Positions 28,429 through 37,944 are shown, numbered from the stretch's first letter. The stretch: 57,986 bases of DNA from an uncultured Thermoanaerobaculia bacterium (GCA_964565045.1 CAZMED010000002.1:1-57986), one strand, 5' to 3'. Notes: generated by a model not told the origin, from the letters alone. Numbers and translations: made by a program.

Positions 28429-29844
28429 CTACCCCACCACCGGCAGCCGCACGGCGGGTCGCGTGCCGGCACGGAGAACCCTGACGATGCCCCCGACGAG
28501 GTCGTAGGGATGGGCGTCGGTGAGCTCGACCTCGACCAGCGACCCGGGCGACGCCGTGCCGTCGTTGATCAGCAGACGGCCGTCGATTTCGGGAGCCTGC
28601 CGACGCAGTCTGCCCTCGAGCAGCAGCTCCATCTCCGGCAGTGGCCCTGCGACCAGGGCCTCGAGGGTCGACCCGATCAGGCCGCGGTTTCTCTCGAGAG
28701 CGATGCCCTGCTGCGTCTCGAGCAGGATCTCCCGCCGGCGGGCCTTGTCCTCCGCCGCGACGGGGTCGCCGAGCGAGGCTCCGGGGTTCTCCTCCTGCCA
28801 GGAATAGGTGAACGCCCCGAGATGGTCGAAGCGGATCTCGCGGACGAAATCGAGCAGCTCTTCGAACTCGGCTTCGCCCTCGCCCGGGAAGCCGACGATG
28901 AAGGTGGTCCGGACCGCGAGCTCGGGGACGATCGAACGCGCGCGCTCGATCAGTGCGCGGTAGCTCCGCGCGTCGCCTCCCCTTTTCATGGACTTGAGGA
29001 CGCGGCGGCTGGCGTGCTGGAGGGGAATGTCGAGGTAGGGCAGGAACCGCGGCTCGGCGGCCATGAGCTCGAAGAGCCCCTCGTCCAGGGTCGCGGGGTA
29101 GGCGTAGAGGAACCGCAGCCACGGCAGGGAGGTCCCCGCGATCAAGGCCTCGACGAGCGTGCGCAGCCCGGTCTCGAGACCGAGGTCCTCGCCGTAGCGG
29201 GTGGTGTCCTGGGCCACCAGGACCAACTCCTGCACGCCCTGCTCTTCGAGCGCCCGCGCCTCGCGCACGAGATCGTCGATCGCGCGGGAGCGGAACGACC
29301 CGCGCATCGCCGGAATGTGGCAGAAGGTGCACGGATTGTCGCAGCCCTCGGCGACCTTGAGGTAGGCGTAGCTGCCGGTCGACACCACGCGCGGGCTGCT
29401 GTGGTCGTAGACCCTGACCGCTCCCCGCTGGTCGGGCAGGTGCGCCCCGAGCTCGCCGCGGACGGCTTCGGCGATGCGTTCGAGCTCGTCGAGGCCGATG
29501 AAGGCGTCGATCTCAGGGATCTCCCGCTGCAGCTCGGAGGCGTAGGCCTGCGCCATGCAGCCCGCGACGACCAACCGCCGCACCCTGCCCTCCTCCTTGG
29601 CGCGCACGATCTCGAGGATCGCATCGATCGACTCGCGCTTGGCCTCGTCGATGAAGCCGCACGTGTTCACCACCACGACGTCCGCCTCGCCGGCGTCCGC
29701 GGTCAACTCGAGCTGCGCCCGCTGGAGATGGCCGAGCATCAGCTCGCCGTCCACCAGGTTCTTGGCGCAGCCGAGGCTGATCATGCCGACCCGGAGTCGC
29801 GGCAACGGCGGCTGCTGAGCGGTCTTCCGATCGGCCTCGGTCAA
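28429..29844 (-). CDS. rimO: ribosomal protein S12 methylthiotransferase RimO
   Basis: N-terminal ISLGCAKNLVDGE, radical-SAM motif CDNPCTFCHIPAMRG and a C-terminal TRAM domain. Confidence 0.9.
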   Translation of the reverse strand: MTEADRKTAQQPPLPRLRVGMISLGCAKNLVDGELMLGHLQRAQLELTADAGEADVVVVNTCGFIDEAKRESIDAILEIVRAKEEGRVRRLVVAGCMAQAYASELQREIPEIDAFIGLDELERIAEAVRGELGAHLPDQRGAVRVYDHSSPRVVSTGSYAYLKVAEGCDNPCTFCHIPAMRGSFRSRAIDDLVREARALEEQGVQELVLVAQDTTRYGEDLGLETGLRTLVEALIAGTSLPWLRFLYAYPATLDEGLFELMAAEPRFLPYLDIPLQHASRRVLKSMKRGGDARSYRALIERARSIVPELAVRTTFIVGFPGEGEAEFEELLDFVREIRFDHLGAFTYSWQEENPGASLGDPVAAEDKARRREILLETQQGIALERNRGLIGSTLEALVAGPLPEMELLLEGRLRRQAPEIDGRLLINDGTASPGSLVEVELTDAHPYDLVGGIVRVLRAGTRPAVRLPVVG

Positions 29845-29919
29845 AGCGCCTCCTCCAGACGGGGGATTCTAACCCAACCGCCGAACCCGCCGCGCCGCAT
29901 GCCGGGCGCGGCCATCGGG

Positions 29920-31053
29920 TCACCCGGCCCCGGCGTCGGCGAGATGCTCGGCGACCGCCTCGGCGGCGCTGCGCGACGCACCCTGCCCGCCGAGGCGCCG
30001 CCGCACCGTGGTGAGGCCCCGCCTCTGCTCGGCACCGGCGCCGAGCAGCAGCCGCTCCGACTCCCGCGCGAGCACGCCGGGAGTCCATCGACCCTGCAGG
30101 AGCTCCGGCACCACGGCCTCTTCGGCGATGAGGTTCACGAGAGCCACGTGCGGCACCCGAACCAGGAGCTTGGCGAGCGCGAACGAGAACGGGCGCAGCC
30201 GGTAGCCGACGATCATCGGCACGTCGAGCAGGGCGCACTCCAGGGTCGCGGTTCCGGAAGCCGTCCACGCCAGCGAGGCCTGTGCCAGCTCTCGTCGGCG
30301 CAGGTCCCCGCGCACGCGGCGCAACCGCGAGTCGCCGGGGCAGGCCTCGAGCACGCCGTCGACGACGCCCGCCACGCCCGGCGCCTCGACCAGGACCGCC
30401 TCCCGGACCAGCTCGGCGGAAAGCGCCCTCAGCGCGTCGATCATCACCGGCAGCAGCTGGTGGATCTCCATCGCCCGGGAGCCCGGCAGCAGGGCGAGCC
30501 GGCCCGGCGCCGGGGCCAGGCCGTGGTCGAGGAGCCCGACCCGGGCGATCTCGTCCACCAGCGGGTGGCCGACGTAGCGCGCCCGCACGCCGTGGGCGGC
30601 GTAGAACGGCACCTCGAACGGCAGCAGGCACAAGACCTCGCGCGCGAGCCGCGCCACCGTCCGCACCCTTCCCCGCCGCCACGCCCAAAGCTGGGGCGAC
30701 ACGTAGAGCACCACCGGGACGCCGATGGCGCCAAGCCGTGCCGCGAGCCGCAGGTTGAAGTCGGGCGAGTCGACGAGCACCGCGAGCGCCGGGCCTCTGC
30801 GCCGCGCCTCGTCAACCAGCCTGTTCATCAGTCGGCGGATCCGCGGCAGCTCGCGCAGCACCTCGACCAGGCCCATGTGCGCCAGCTCGTCGCTCGTGGC
30901 GACGGCCTCGAGCCCGGAGTCGAGCAGCCGCTCGCCTCCGATGCCGAAGGCGTGGACGTCCGGCGTGAGCACGCGCAGCTCGCGCAGCAGGTTGCCGGCG
31001 TGGGTGTCACCCGAGGCCTCCCCCGCCACGATCAACAGCTCAGCTCGAGCCAC
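29920..31053 (-). CDS. lpxB: lipid-A-disaccharide synthase
   Basis: LIVAGEASGDTHAGNLLRELR at the N-terminus and a PGSR motif (LLPGSRAMEI). A GTG start at 31053 is preferred by alignment logic; the maximal ORF reaches 31104. Confidence 0.85.
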   Translation of the reverse strand: MARAELLIVAGEASGDTHAGNLLRELRVLTPDVHAFGIGGERLLDSGLEAVATSDELAHMGLVEVLRELPRIRRLMNRLVDEARRRGPALAVLVDSPDFNLRLAARLGAIGVPVVLYVSPQLWAWRRGRVRTVARLAREVLCLLPFEVPFYAAHGVRARYVGHPLVDEIARVGLLDHGLAPAPGRLALLPGSRAMEIHQLLPVMIDALRALSAELVREAVLVEAPGVAGVVDGVLEACPGDSRLRRVRGDLRRRELAQASLAWTASGTATLECALLDVPMIVGYRLRPFSFALAKLLVRVPHVALVNLIAEEAVVPELLQGRWTPGVLARESERLLLGAGAEQRRGLTTVRRRLGGQGASRSAAEAVAEHLADAGAG

Positions 31054-31135
31054 GGTCCACCCCGGGTCCACGGGCCGGCACCAGGATCGCGAGGGATCGC
31101 CCACGCCGGGACACCAACGGAATCATCGTCGTCCG

Positions 31136-31303
31136 TCAGGGGAAGGGGTACATCAGCCAGCCGAGCAGGGTGCTGCCGACGACCATGATGAGGAAGGTCT
31201 TGAGGAAGAGATTGCGACGCCCGCGCCCCGAGGAGCGCCACAGGAAGGCGAAGAACACCGAGACCAGGAGGGCGTGCCAGAACATCAGCAACAGGTGGTC
31301 CAT
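31136..31303 (-). CDS. small hypothetical membrane protein (55 aa), absent from the ORF track
   Basis: Hand-translated as MDHLLLMFWHALLVSVFFAFLWRSSGRGRRNLFLKTFLIMVVGSTLLGWLMYPFP. It has two hydrophobic segments. Its ATG overlaps the stop of the upstream gene by one nucleotide (TGATG). Confidence 0.4.
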   Translation of the reverse strand: MDHLLLMFWHALLVSVFFAFLWRSSGRGRRNLFLKTFLIMVVGSTLLGWLMYPFP

Positions 31304-31767
31304 CACGCCTTCTCCCCGCGAGCGATGTCCGAGACATCGAGCACCAAGAGCAGGTTCATGAGACCGCCGGTGTAGAAAAACGTGTTGCCGTAGGCGAAGC
31401 CCCCCGACGTCGCATCACCGCCGCCGACCAGCCCGAAGGGCAGGGCGCTGATCAGGTCACCGAGGCCGTTGAGCCACGCCATCCGGGCGACGTACAGGAG
31501 CCCGTTGCCGAGGCACGCGAAGGTCGCCAGCCACGAGAACGGCTGGTGCGGCTTCGGTGTTCCGAGCTCTCCTTCGAGGAGCACGCCGGTGCAGAACGCG
31601 CTGACCACGATGACGGCGAACACGATCGCCCGGAGGCGCTTGCCGAGGATCCAGTGCCCGAGCCCGGGCACCGCCCACGACACGGCCAACAGCCACGCGG
31701 GGGCTCGCTCACCCGAGCCCTCGGCTCGCACCGTGGCCCCCGCGTCGGTCGATTCAGCGCCCTTCAC
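31303..31767 (-). CDS. hypothetical integral membrane protein
   Basis: GTG start at 31767 forms a GTGA overlap with the HIT gene stop. There are 3-4 hydrophobic segments (WLLAVSWAVPGLGHWILG, IVFAVIVVSAFCTGVLL..). I do not recognise a family. Confidence 0.55.
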   Translation of the reverse strand: MKGAESTDAGATVRAEGSGERAPAWLLAVSWAVPGLGHWILGKRLRAIVFAVIVVSAFCTGVLLEGELGTPKPHQPFSWLATFACLGNGLLYVARMAWLNGLGDLISALPFGLVGGGDATSGGFAYGNTFFYTGGLMNLLLVLDVSDIARGEKA

Positions 31768-32279
31768 CGGTTCACCTCCCGCATTCTGAGGAGCGCTTCC
31801 TGCAGCCGTTCGTGGGTCACGGCGAGGTCTTCGGGGATCACCCGCGTGCCGCCGATCACGGTCATCATGTTGGCGTCGCCGCGCCACCTCGGAACCACGT
31901 GCAGGTGGAGGTGCTCCTCGATGCCGGCACCGGCCGCCTCGCCGAGATTGAACCCGACGTTGAACCCGTGCGGGTGGTAGAGCTCGCGCAGCGCGGCCGT
32001 GAGGTCCCTGGCGACGGACATGATCTCCGTCAGGGCGTCGACCGACACGTCGGCGAAATCTTCACAGTGCCGGATCGGGGCGACCATCGCGTGCCCGGTC
32101 GTGTACGGATAGAGGTTGAGGAGGGCGAATGAGTGCCGTCCTCGGTACAGGGTGAGCGTCGCCCGGTCGTCCGAGGACTCGAAGGCAGTGCAGAAGACGC
32201 ACGATCTGCGGTCGCGGCGGTCGGCCGAGGACACGTAGGCGAGCCGCCACGGGGCGTAGAGAATGGCCGCCACGTTCAC
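31764..32279 (-). CDS. HIT-family nucleotide hydrolase/phosphorylase (Ap4A phosphorylase-like)
   Basis: Histidine triad motif EEHLHLHVVPRW, plus the N-terminal CVFC motif. Confidence 0.85.
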   Translation of the reverse strand: MNVAAILYAPWRLAYVSSADRRDRRSCVFCTAFESSDDRATLTLYRGRHSFALLNLYPYTTGHAMVAPIRHCEDFADVSVDALTEIMSVARDLTAALRELYHPHGFNVGFNLGEAAGAGIEEHLHLHVVPRWRGDANMMTVIGGTRVIPEDLAVTHERLQEALLRMREVNR

Positions 32280-32564
32280 TCACTGCTGCAGCAGCTCTTC
32301 CCTGAGGTGTTTGCCGGGCTTGAAGTAGGGGATCTTCTTGGGCGGCACGTGAACCTGGTCGCCGGTCTTGGGATTGCGTCCCGTGCGCTCGCCGCGCTGC
32401 CGGATGCGGAAGGACCCGAAGCCGCGCAGCTCGACCTTCTCATTGTTGCGAAGCGCGGAGATGATGCTCTCCAAGATCACCTGAACGACTTCGTCTGCCT
32501 GCTTGCGCGGGACATCCACGGCGTCCGCGACGGTTTCCACCAGGTCCGCCTTGGTCATGGTCAT
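32280..32564 (-). CDS. ihfB: integration host factor subunit beta (HU/IHF family)
   Basis: MTKADLVETV.., VELRGFGSF, RTGRNPKTGDQV and YFKPGKHLRE match IHF-beta more closely than IHF-alpha. The cmk-rpsA-ihfB gene order is conserved, as in E. coli. Confidence 0.8.
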   Translation of the reverse strand: MTMTKADLVETVADAVDVPRKQADEVVQVILESIISALRNNEKVELRGFGSFRIRQRGERTGRNPKTGDQVHVPPKKIPYFKPGKHLREELLQQ

Positions 32565-32603
32565 CGGTGGTGCTCCTTGGTCCCCTGCTGTCTCGTGTTC
32601 CAC

Positions 32604-34556
32604 TCAGGATTTCTCGTCGTCGCCGCTTTCGTCGGTATCGGCGTCGGTCCCACTCTCTTCGGCTCCCTCGATCCCGGACTCCCCGGTTCCGAGCACGTCC
32701 GCCGCTGCGTCGGCCTCGTCACCGGACTCCTCCGCCTCCGCCGTGGCGGCGGCCTCCGCGGCAGACTCCCCGGGCTCGGCGGGGGCGGCTTCGGCCTCCT
32801 CGGGCGCCACCGACGGCTCGGCATCGGCCGCCGCCTCCACGCCCTCGTCCGGCTCGGCTTCCGCTTCGAGCGCTTCGTCCTCCGTCTTCTCTTCAACCAC
32901 GCCACCTGCCCGCAGGGCGACGGCCATGGCCGTTTCACCGGTTGCGGAGGCGCTCGCAGCGCCCGCCGGCGCCGCCTCGACGTCGTCCTGGTCGATGCCG
33001 TGCATCGACAGGCCGATCCGGCTCTCGTGCCAGTCCACCCGGAGGATCCGGCATTGGACCGGCTGCCCGGTGTTGAACATCTCCGCCAACGGCAGACCCT
33101 GGTCGCGGTCGATCTCCGAGATGTGGCACAGGCCCTCGACGCCGGGCGCCAGCTCGACGAAGACGCCGAAGTCCGTGATGTTGGTGACCGTGCCCGTCAC
33201 CACGTCGCCGACCCCGTGGGTGTTCGCGTACTCCTCCCACTCGTTCGGCAGCAGCTCCTTCATGGAGAGCGAGATGCGCTGGTTGTAGGAGTCGACCGAC
33301 GTGATCACGGCCTCGACCTCCTCACCCTTCTGCACGACCTCGCTCGGGTGGTTGATGCGTCGGGTCCAGGACATGTCCGAGATGTGCACCAGGCCGTCGA
33401 CGCCGGGGATGATCTCCACGAAGGCGCCGAAATCGGTGAGGTTGCGGACCACCCCCTTGATGGTGCTGCCGACGCTGTACGACTCGGCGACCTGCTCCCA
33501 GGGGTTGGGCTGCGTGGCGCGCAGCGACAGTGACAGCCGCCGCTTCTCCGCATCGACCTCGGAGACCACGACCTCGACCTCCTCGTCGATCTCGAGGATC
33601 GAGCGCGGGTTCTTGACCTTCTTGGTCCACGACATCTCGCTGACGTGGATCAGGCCTTCGACCCCCTCCTCGAGCACGACGAAGGCGCCGTAGTCGACGA
33701 TGCTGACCACCTTGCCCTGGACGCGCTTGCCGACGGGGTACTTCTCGGGGACCAGGATCCACGGGTCCTCGAAGCGCTGCTTGTAGCCGAGCGAGACGCG
33801 CTCGCGCTCGCGATCGAAGCGCAGGATGACCACGTCGACCTCGTCGCCGACCTTGAAGTACTCCGAGGGGTGGCCGACCCGGCCCCACGAGATGTCGGTG
33901 ATGTGCAGCAGGCCGTCGAGCCCGCCGAGGTCGACGAACACCCCGTAGTCGGTGATGTTCTTGACCATGCCGCTGACCAGCTTGCCCTCTTCGAGGACCG
34001 CCATGGTCTCTTCCTTGACCTTGCCCTGCTGCTCTTCGAGGATGGCCTTGCGCGAGAGCACGACGTTGGAGCGGCGGCGGTCGAAGGAGATGATCCGCGC
34101 CTCGATCTCCTGCCCGAGGTAGTCCTCGAGGCGCCGGTTCGGCAGCAGGTCGACGAGCGAGCCGGGCAGAAACGCGCGCACGCCGATGTCGACCGACAGG
34201 CCGCCCTTGACCCGCTCGAGAACGGTGCCGCTGACCGGGCTCGCGTTCTTGAAGGCCTCCTCGATCGAGCGCCAGGTCTTGAGCTTGGCGGCGCGGTCGC
34301 GGGACAGCCGGACCCGCCCCTCGACCTCGTCGAGGCGCTCGACGAACACCTCGACCTCATCGTTGACCTTCACCTGGATCTCGTTGGTTTCGGGGTCCGT
34401 GAACTCGGCCACCGGGACGCTGCCCTCGCACTTGAAGCCGATGTCGACGAGCACCTCTTCGCCGGTGACGGCAACGACCGTGCCGTGCACGACCTCTCCC
34501 TCGCGCAGGGACTGCAGCGAGGTCTCCATGAGCTGTTCCATGGAGAGCTCGTTCAT
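32604..34556 (-). CDS. rpsA: 30S ribosomal protein S1 with a ~130-aa acidic C-terminal extension
   Basis: Six S1 repeats (e.g. GEVVHGTVV, GKLVSGMVKNITDYGVFVDLG, GSTIKGVVRNLTDFGAFVEI). Start set at MNELSMEQLMETSLQ; an upstream TTG at 34604, preceded by GAGGAGG, is an alternative. Confidence 0.9.
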   Translation of the reverse strand: MNELSMEQLMETSLQSLREGEVVHGTVVAVTGEEVLVDIGFKCEGSVPVAEFTDPETNEIQVKVNDEVEVFVERLDEVEGRVRLSRDRAAKLKTWRSIEEAFKNASPVSGTVLERVKGGLSVDIGVRAFLPGSLVDLLPNRRLEDYLGQEIEARIISFDRRRSNVVLSRKAILEEQQGKVKEETMAVLEEGKLVSGMVKNITDYGVFVDLGGLDGLLHITDISWGRVGHPSEYFKVGDEVDVVILRFDRERERVSLGYKQRFEDPWILVPEKYPVGKRVQGKVVSIVDYGAFVVLEEGVEGLIHVSEMSWTKKVKNPRSILEIDEEVEVVVSEVDAEKRRLSLSLRATQPNPWEQVAESYSVGSTIKGVVRNLTDFGAFVEIIPGVDGLVHISDMSWTRRINHPSEVVQKGEEVEAVITSVDSYNQRISLSMKELLPNEWEEYANTHGVGDVVTGTVTNITDFGVFVELAPGVEGLCHISEIDRDQGLPLAEMFNTGQPVQCRILRVDWHESRIGLSMHGIDQDDVEAAPAGAASASATGETAMAVALRAGGVVEEKTEDEALEAEAEPDEGVEAAADAEPSVAPEEAEAAPAEPGESAAEAAATAEAEESGDEADAAADVLGTGESGIEGAEESGTDADTDESGDDEKS

Positions 34557-34686
34557 CCCCCCTTCCGATTTCTGATCGCCATTCACATCCCGGTCCGTAT
34601 TCAAGACTCATCCTCCTCGCTAGATGCACCCCATTGTGAACCTAGCCTCCGTAATTCCATGACCTTAGGGGTTCTCATGTGGACTG

Positions 34687-35472
34687 TCAAGCGCCCTCCG
34701 ACAAATGCTGACGCACCTCGGACACCAGGCGCTCGACAACCTCGTCCAGGCTCGATCCGGTGGTGTCCACGACCAGCGACCCGGGCGCGACCTGGAGCGG
34801 GGACTCGCTCCGTGACGTGTCCTGCAGGTCGCGCTGCTGCTGCTGCCTGCGGACCTCGTCCAGGCTGATGTCCGGGCCGGGCGAAGCCTGGAGGTCGCGG
34901 TGCCGGCGGCGCGCGCGCTCGTCGGGGCTCGCGGTGAGAAAGAACTTGAACGCGGCGTCCGGGAGCACGACGGTGCCGATGTCCCGCCCCTCGACCACGC
35001 CGCCGCCGGCCTCGGCCAGCCGTCGTTGCAGCGGCACCAGGGCACGGCGGACCTCGGGCAGCGCGGACACCGACGAGGCCATCAGCGAGCACTCGGCGCT
35101 GCGGATCTGCGCGGCCACGTCCTCGCCGTCGATGAGCACCCGGGTGCCGTCGACGTGGGCCTCGACCTCGATGCGGTGCGTCCCGAGGAGCCCCTTCACC
35201 GTCTCCGCGTCGGCGGCTCCGAGAGGCGGCCGCAACCCGTGCCGCAGAGCCAGCAGGCCGACCGCACGGTACATCGCGCCGGTGTCGATGTAGGGAATGC
35301 CGAGCCGCATCGCAAGGCGGGCGGCCACCGTCGACTTGCCGGCGCCGGCCGGCCCGTCGATCGCGATCAGGATGCGCGGAGCGGGATTCGGGGAGAATGC
35401 TGGCGACACCGGGGCGGGTCCTTTCGCGGCCTGACGAGCGGCGATTGTACAGGGTGTCGGCGGATCGGCCAA
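34687..35472 (-). CDS. cmk: cytidylate kinase
   Basis: P-loop IAIDGPAGAGKSTVA, plus ..YIDTGAMYRAV... The true start may be a GTG downstream of 35472. Confidence 0.9.
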   Translation of the reverse strand: MADPPTPCTIAARQAAKGPAPVSPAFSPNPAPRILIAIDGPAGAGKSTVAARLAMRLGIPYIDTGAMYRAVGLLALRHGLRPPLGAADAETVKGLLGTHRIEVEAHVDGTRVLIDGEDVAAQIRSAECSLMASSVSALPEVRRALVPLQRRLAEAGGGVVEGRDIGTVVLPDAAFKFFLTASPDERARRRHRDLQASPGPDISLDEVRRQQQQRDLQDTSRSESPLQVAPGSLVVDTTGSSLDEVVERLVSEVRQHLSEGA

Positions 35473-35496
35473 CCGACGCGTCGCCGTCCTCGGGGC

Positions 35497-36666
35497 CTAC
35501 CGGCCTCCCCCGACCCTCGGCGTCCCGTTCGGGGCCCGCACCGGCCGCCGGCTCGCCGCTCGCGAGGGCGCCACCAGCACCGGCACCTCGACCCGGGGGT
35601 GCTCGCCGTCGTCGGTCGTGACCCGGATCCAACCGCGCACTCCGGCACCCAGACTGTCGCGCTCCAACCCTTCGGCCAACCGCACCCGCAGCATCTGCCG
35701 CGTCCCCTCCGCCTGCGGTATCAGCACCGCCGCGAAGAGCTCCGGGTGGGAGACCTCGACTCCGGCGATCGAGAAGGCGCGCCCGCCGTTGTGGCGGAGA
35801 GTCACGAGCAGGGAGCGGCCGGGATCGTTGGAGGGTGCGGTCGCCCACAGGCGCACCGCGTCGGGATGGGGCTCCAGCATCGGGCGCACCCGAACCGTGT
35901 ACGGAAGCTCGAGCTGCGGCGCATCGGGGTGGTTGGTGGCCACCCGCAGGGTGCCGGAGTACACCCCCGGCGCGGTGACCGGGGCGGCGCTCAGCTCGAG
36001 CCAGACGTCGCCGGGCCGCGCTTCGGGTTCTTTCGAGCCCCTCCGCGCCTGCCCCCACGGAGCGGGATTGTCGGCTGCGGTCTGTTGCGCCGGCTCCCGG
36101 GGCTCTGCACCCGCGGCGCGGGCGCTGACCGTCAGACCCTCCGTGCCGAGCTCCGGCGGGACGACCCGGAGCGCCTGCCCGTCGACCCGGGACAGCAGCA
36201 GGCGCGCGCTGCCGGAGCTGCCCTCGACGAGGGTGATCGCGAGCCGCGGGCCCGGCTTGACCGCGATCGGCATGAAGAGCTCGACGGCGAAACGGAGACG
36301 AATCTCGCGCGCCGCGGCGTCGTCGGTGACGACCCCGATCGACTTCGAGACACGCCCGGTCTGGGTGCTGCGGGTGGCCATCTTTGCGCGGAGCGTGCCC
36401 GACGAACCTGCCGGGATGACCGAGTCGTACTCGGCCACCGCGCAGCCTCAGGAGGGCGCTGCGCGCAGGATCCGCACGGCCCGGTCGGTGTCGTTGACGA
36501 ACACGAAGGTGGCCGTCACCGTCGATCCCGCGACCGCCCTGCCGAGATCGAGATCGGCGTCCTCCACCCGGAAGCCCACAGGCTGCCCGCCCGTCGCCGC
36601 GAAGGCGCTCAGGGCGAGAGACGCCGCCGCGATCGCGAGGCAGAGTCGGCGGCGGTCTTCGTCCAT
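35497..36666 (-). CDS. secreted DUF1573-type protein interrupted by one in-frame TGA (36448-36450): candidate selenoprotein, or a pseudogene
   Basis: Tracked ORFs 36448..36822 and 35497..36438 are in the same frame, separated only by TGA + GGC TGC GCG. The read-through sequence ..VFVNDTDRAVRILRAAPS-[TGA]-GCAVAEYDSVIPAGSSGTLRAKM.. reproduces the DUF1573 ..S-C-G-C-.. core, with TGA at the first Cys. The N-terminus MDEDRRRLCLAIAAASLALSAFA is signal-peptide-like. Confidence 0.5.
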
Positions 36667-36739
36667 CGGGTCCTCCGGGCCGGTCGAGTCTTCGGGGCGC
36701 GCGCAGACCAGCGGCGGCGTCCCCAAGTCTTCGATTGTA

Positions 36740-37498
36740 TCAGCCGGCGACGCGGTGCCCGGACAGGACCCGTCCCCCGGTCGCCACGACCACGCACTCC
36801 ACGGGCACCTGCCGACGGGCACGTCGGGAGGCCTCCTCGGCGAGGGTGACGAGGCCGCGGCAGCACGGGACCTCCATCACCACCACCTGCAACGAGCGGA
36901 TTCCCGCCTCGTCGATCATCGCCACCAGCTTCTCGAGGTACACCTCCTGGCGGCTGTCGAGCTTGGGACAGGCGATCGCCAGGGACCGCCCCGCGAGGAA
37001 GCGCTGGTGGAAGTCCCCCGCCGCGAAGGCGACGCAGTCGGCTGCGAGCAGGACGTCCGCGCCGCGGAAGAACGGCGCGGAGGGGGCCACGAGGTGGAGC
37101 TGCACCGGCCAGTGTCTCAGCTGCGACGGCGATCCCTCCCCGGAAGTCGCGGCGGCGGGCTCGAAGAGCTGCGCGCGCGACCCGGGACAGCCGCCGGGCG
37201 CGGGCTGCGCGACAACGTGCAGAGCCGGCCGGGGCGGCGCCGGATCCGTCGGCTGTCGCTGCGCGAGATGGCGGGCGACGGCCGCCTCGTCGAAGGTCTC
37301 CGCCTCGCGCCGGGTGACCGTGATCGCCCCCTGGGGGCAGTGCCCGAGGCACGCGCCGAGGCCGTCGCAGTAGGAATCGCTGATCAGCCTCGCCTTGCCT
37401 TCGATGATGGCGATCGCCCCCTCGGCGCAGGAGCTCACGCAGTCGCCGCAGCCGTCACACAGCTCGCCGTCGATCTCGACCACGTCGCGGATCGGCAT
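36740..37498 (-). CDS. 4Fe-4S dicluster-domain protein
   Basis: N-terminal CDGCGDCVSSC ... CDGLGACLGHCP, two ferredoxin-type CxxCxxCxxxC(P) motifs. The C-terminal ~170 aa is Cys-containing (CPKL, VPCCRG). Confidence 0.75.
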   Translation of the reverse strand: MPIRDVVEIDGELCDGCGDCVSSCAEGAIAIIEGKARLISDSYCDGLGACLGHCPQGAITVTRREAETFDEAAVARHLAQRQPTDPAPPRPALHVVAQPAPGGCPGSRAQLFEPAAATSGEGSPSQLRHWPVQLHLVAPSAPFFRGADVLLAADCVAFAAGDFHQRFLAGRSLAIACPKLDSRQEVYLEKLVAMIDEAGIRSLQVVVMEVPCCRGLVTLAEEASRRARRQVPVECVVVATGGRVLSGHRVAG

Positions 37499-37501
37499 GG
37501 T

Positions 37502-37861
37502 TCACTCCGCCTGAGCTTCGCGCAGCATGGTCAGCAGCATGCGGCACGGCTCCGGCGCCCGCAGCGCGTGCGGAACCCCCGCCGGCATGCGCACGATCTC
37601 GCCCCCGCCCACCATCACGTCCTTGCCGCCGATGGTCAGCTCGAGCGAACCGTCCAGTACCTGAACCAGGGCGTCGAAGGGCGCCGTGTGCTCGGACAGG
37701 CCCTGGCCGCCGTCGAAGGCGAAGAGCGTGACGCTGCCGCCGCTGCTCTTGGCGAGCACCCGGCTGACGATCGAGCCTTCGGCGACCTCGACCAGCGCCG
37801 CGAGGGCGCTCGCGCGGTCGCCGGGAAGCTGTTCCGCCGATTTCGAACCCGTTGTCTTCAT
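37502..37861 (-). CDS. cupin-domain protein
   Basis: Start at MKTTGSKSAE. A small beta-barrel signature is present (TLFAFDGGQGLSEHTAPFDALVQVLDGS..GEIVRMPAGVPHAL). Confidence 0.7.
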   Translation of the reverse strand: MKTTGSKSAEQLPGDRASALAALVEVAEGSIVSRVLAKSSGGSVTLFAFDGGQGLSEHTAPFDALVQVLDGSLELTIGGKDVMVGGGEIVRMPAGVPHALRAPEPCRMLLTMLREAQAE

Positions 37862-37944
37862 GATGGACCTCCGCTGTCCGTCTCGGATCACCGGACCCAG
37901 TGTGCCCTGCGTGGCGCACCGCGTCCTTGACGCCGGTCAAGTGG

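Noticed and set aside
36448-36450. Treating 36448..36822 and 35497..36438 as two independent genes
   Set aside because: The downstream piece would start at a GTG only 9 nt after the stop, in the middle of a DUF1573 beta-sandwich and without an RBS. The same frame and the motif continuity argue for one gene, either Sec read-through or a pseudogene.
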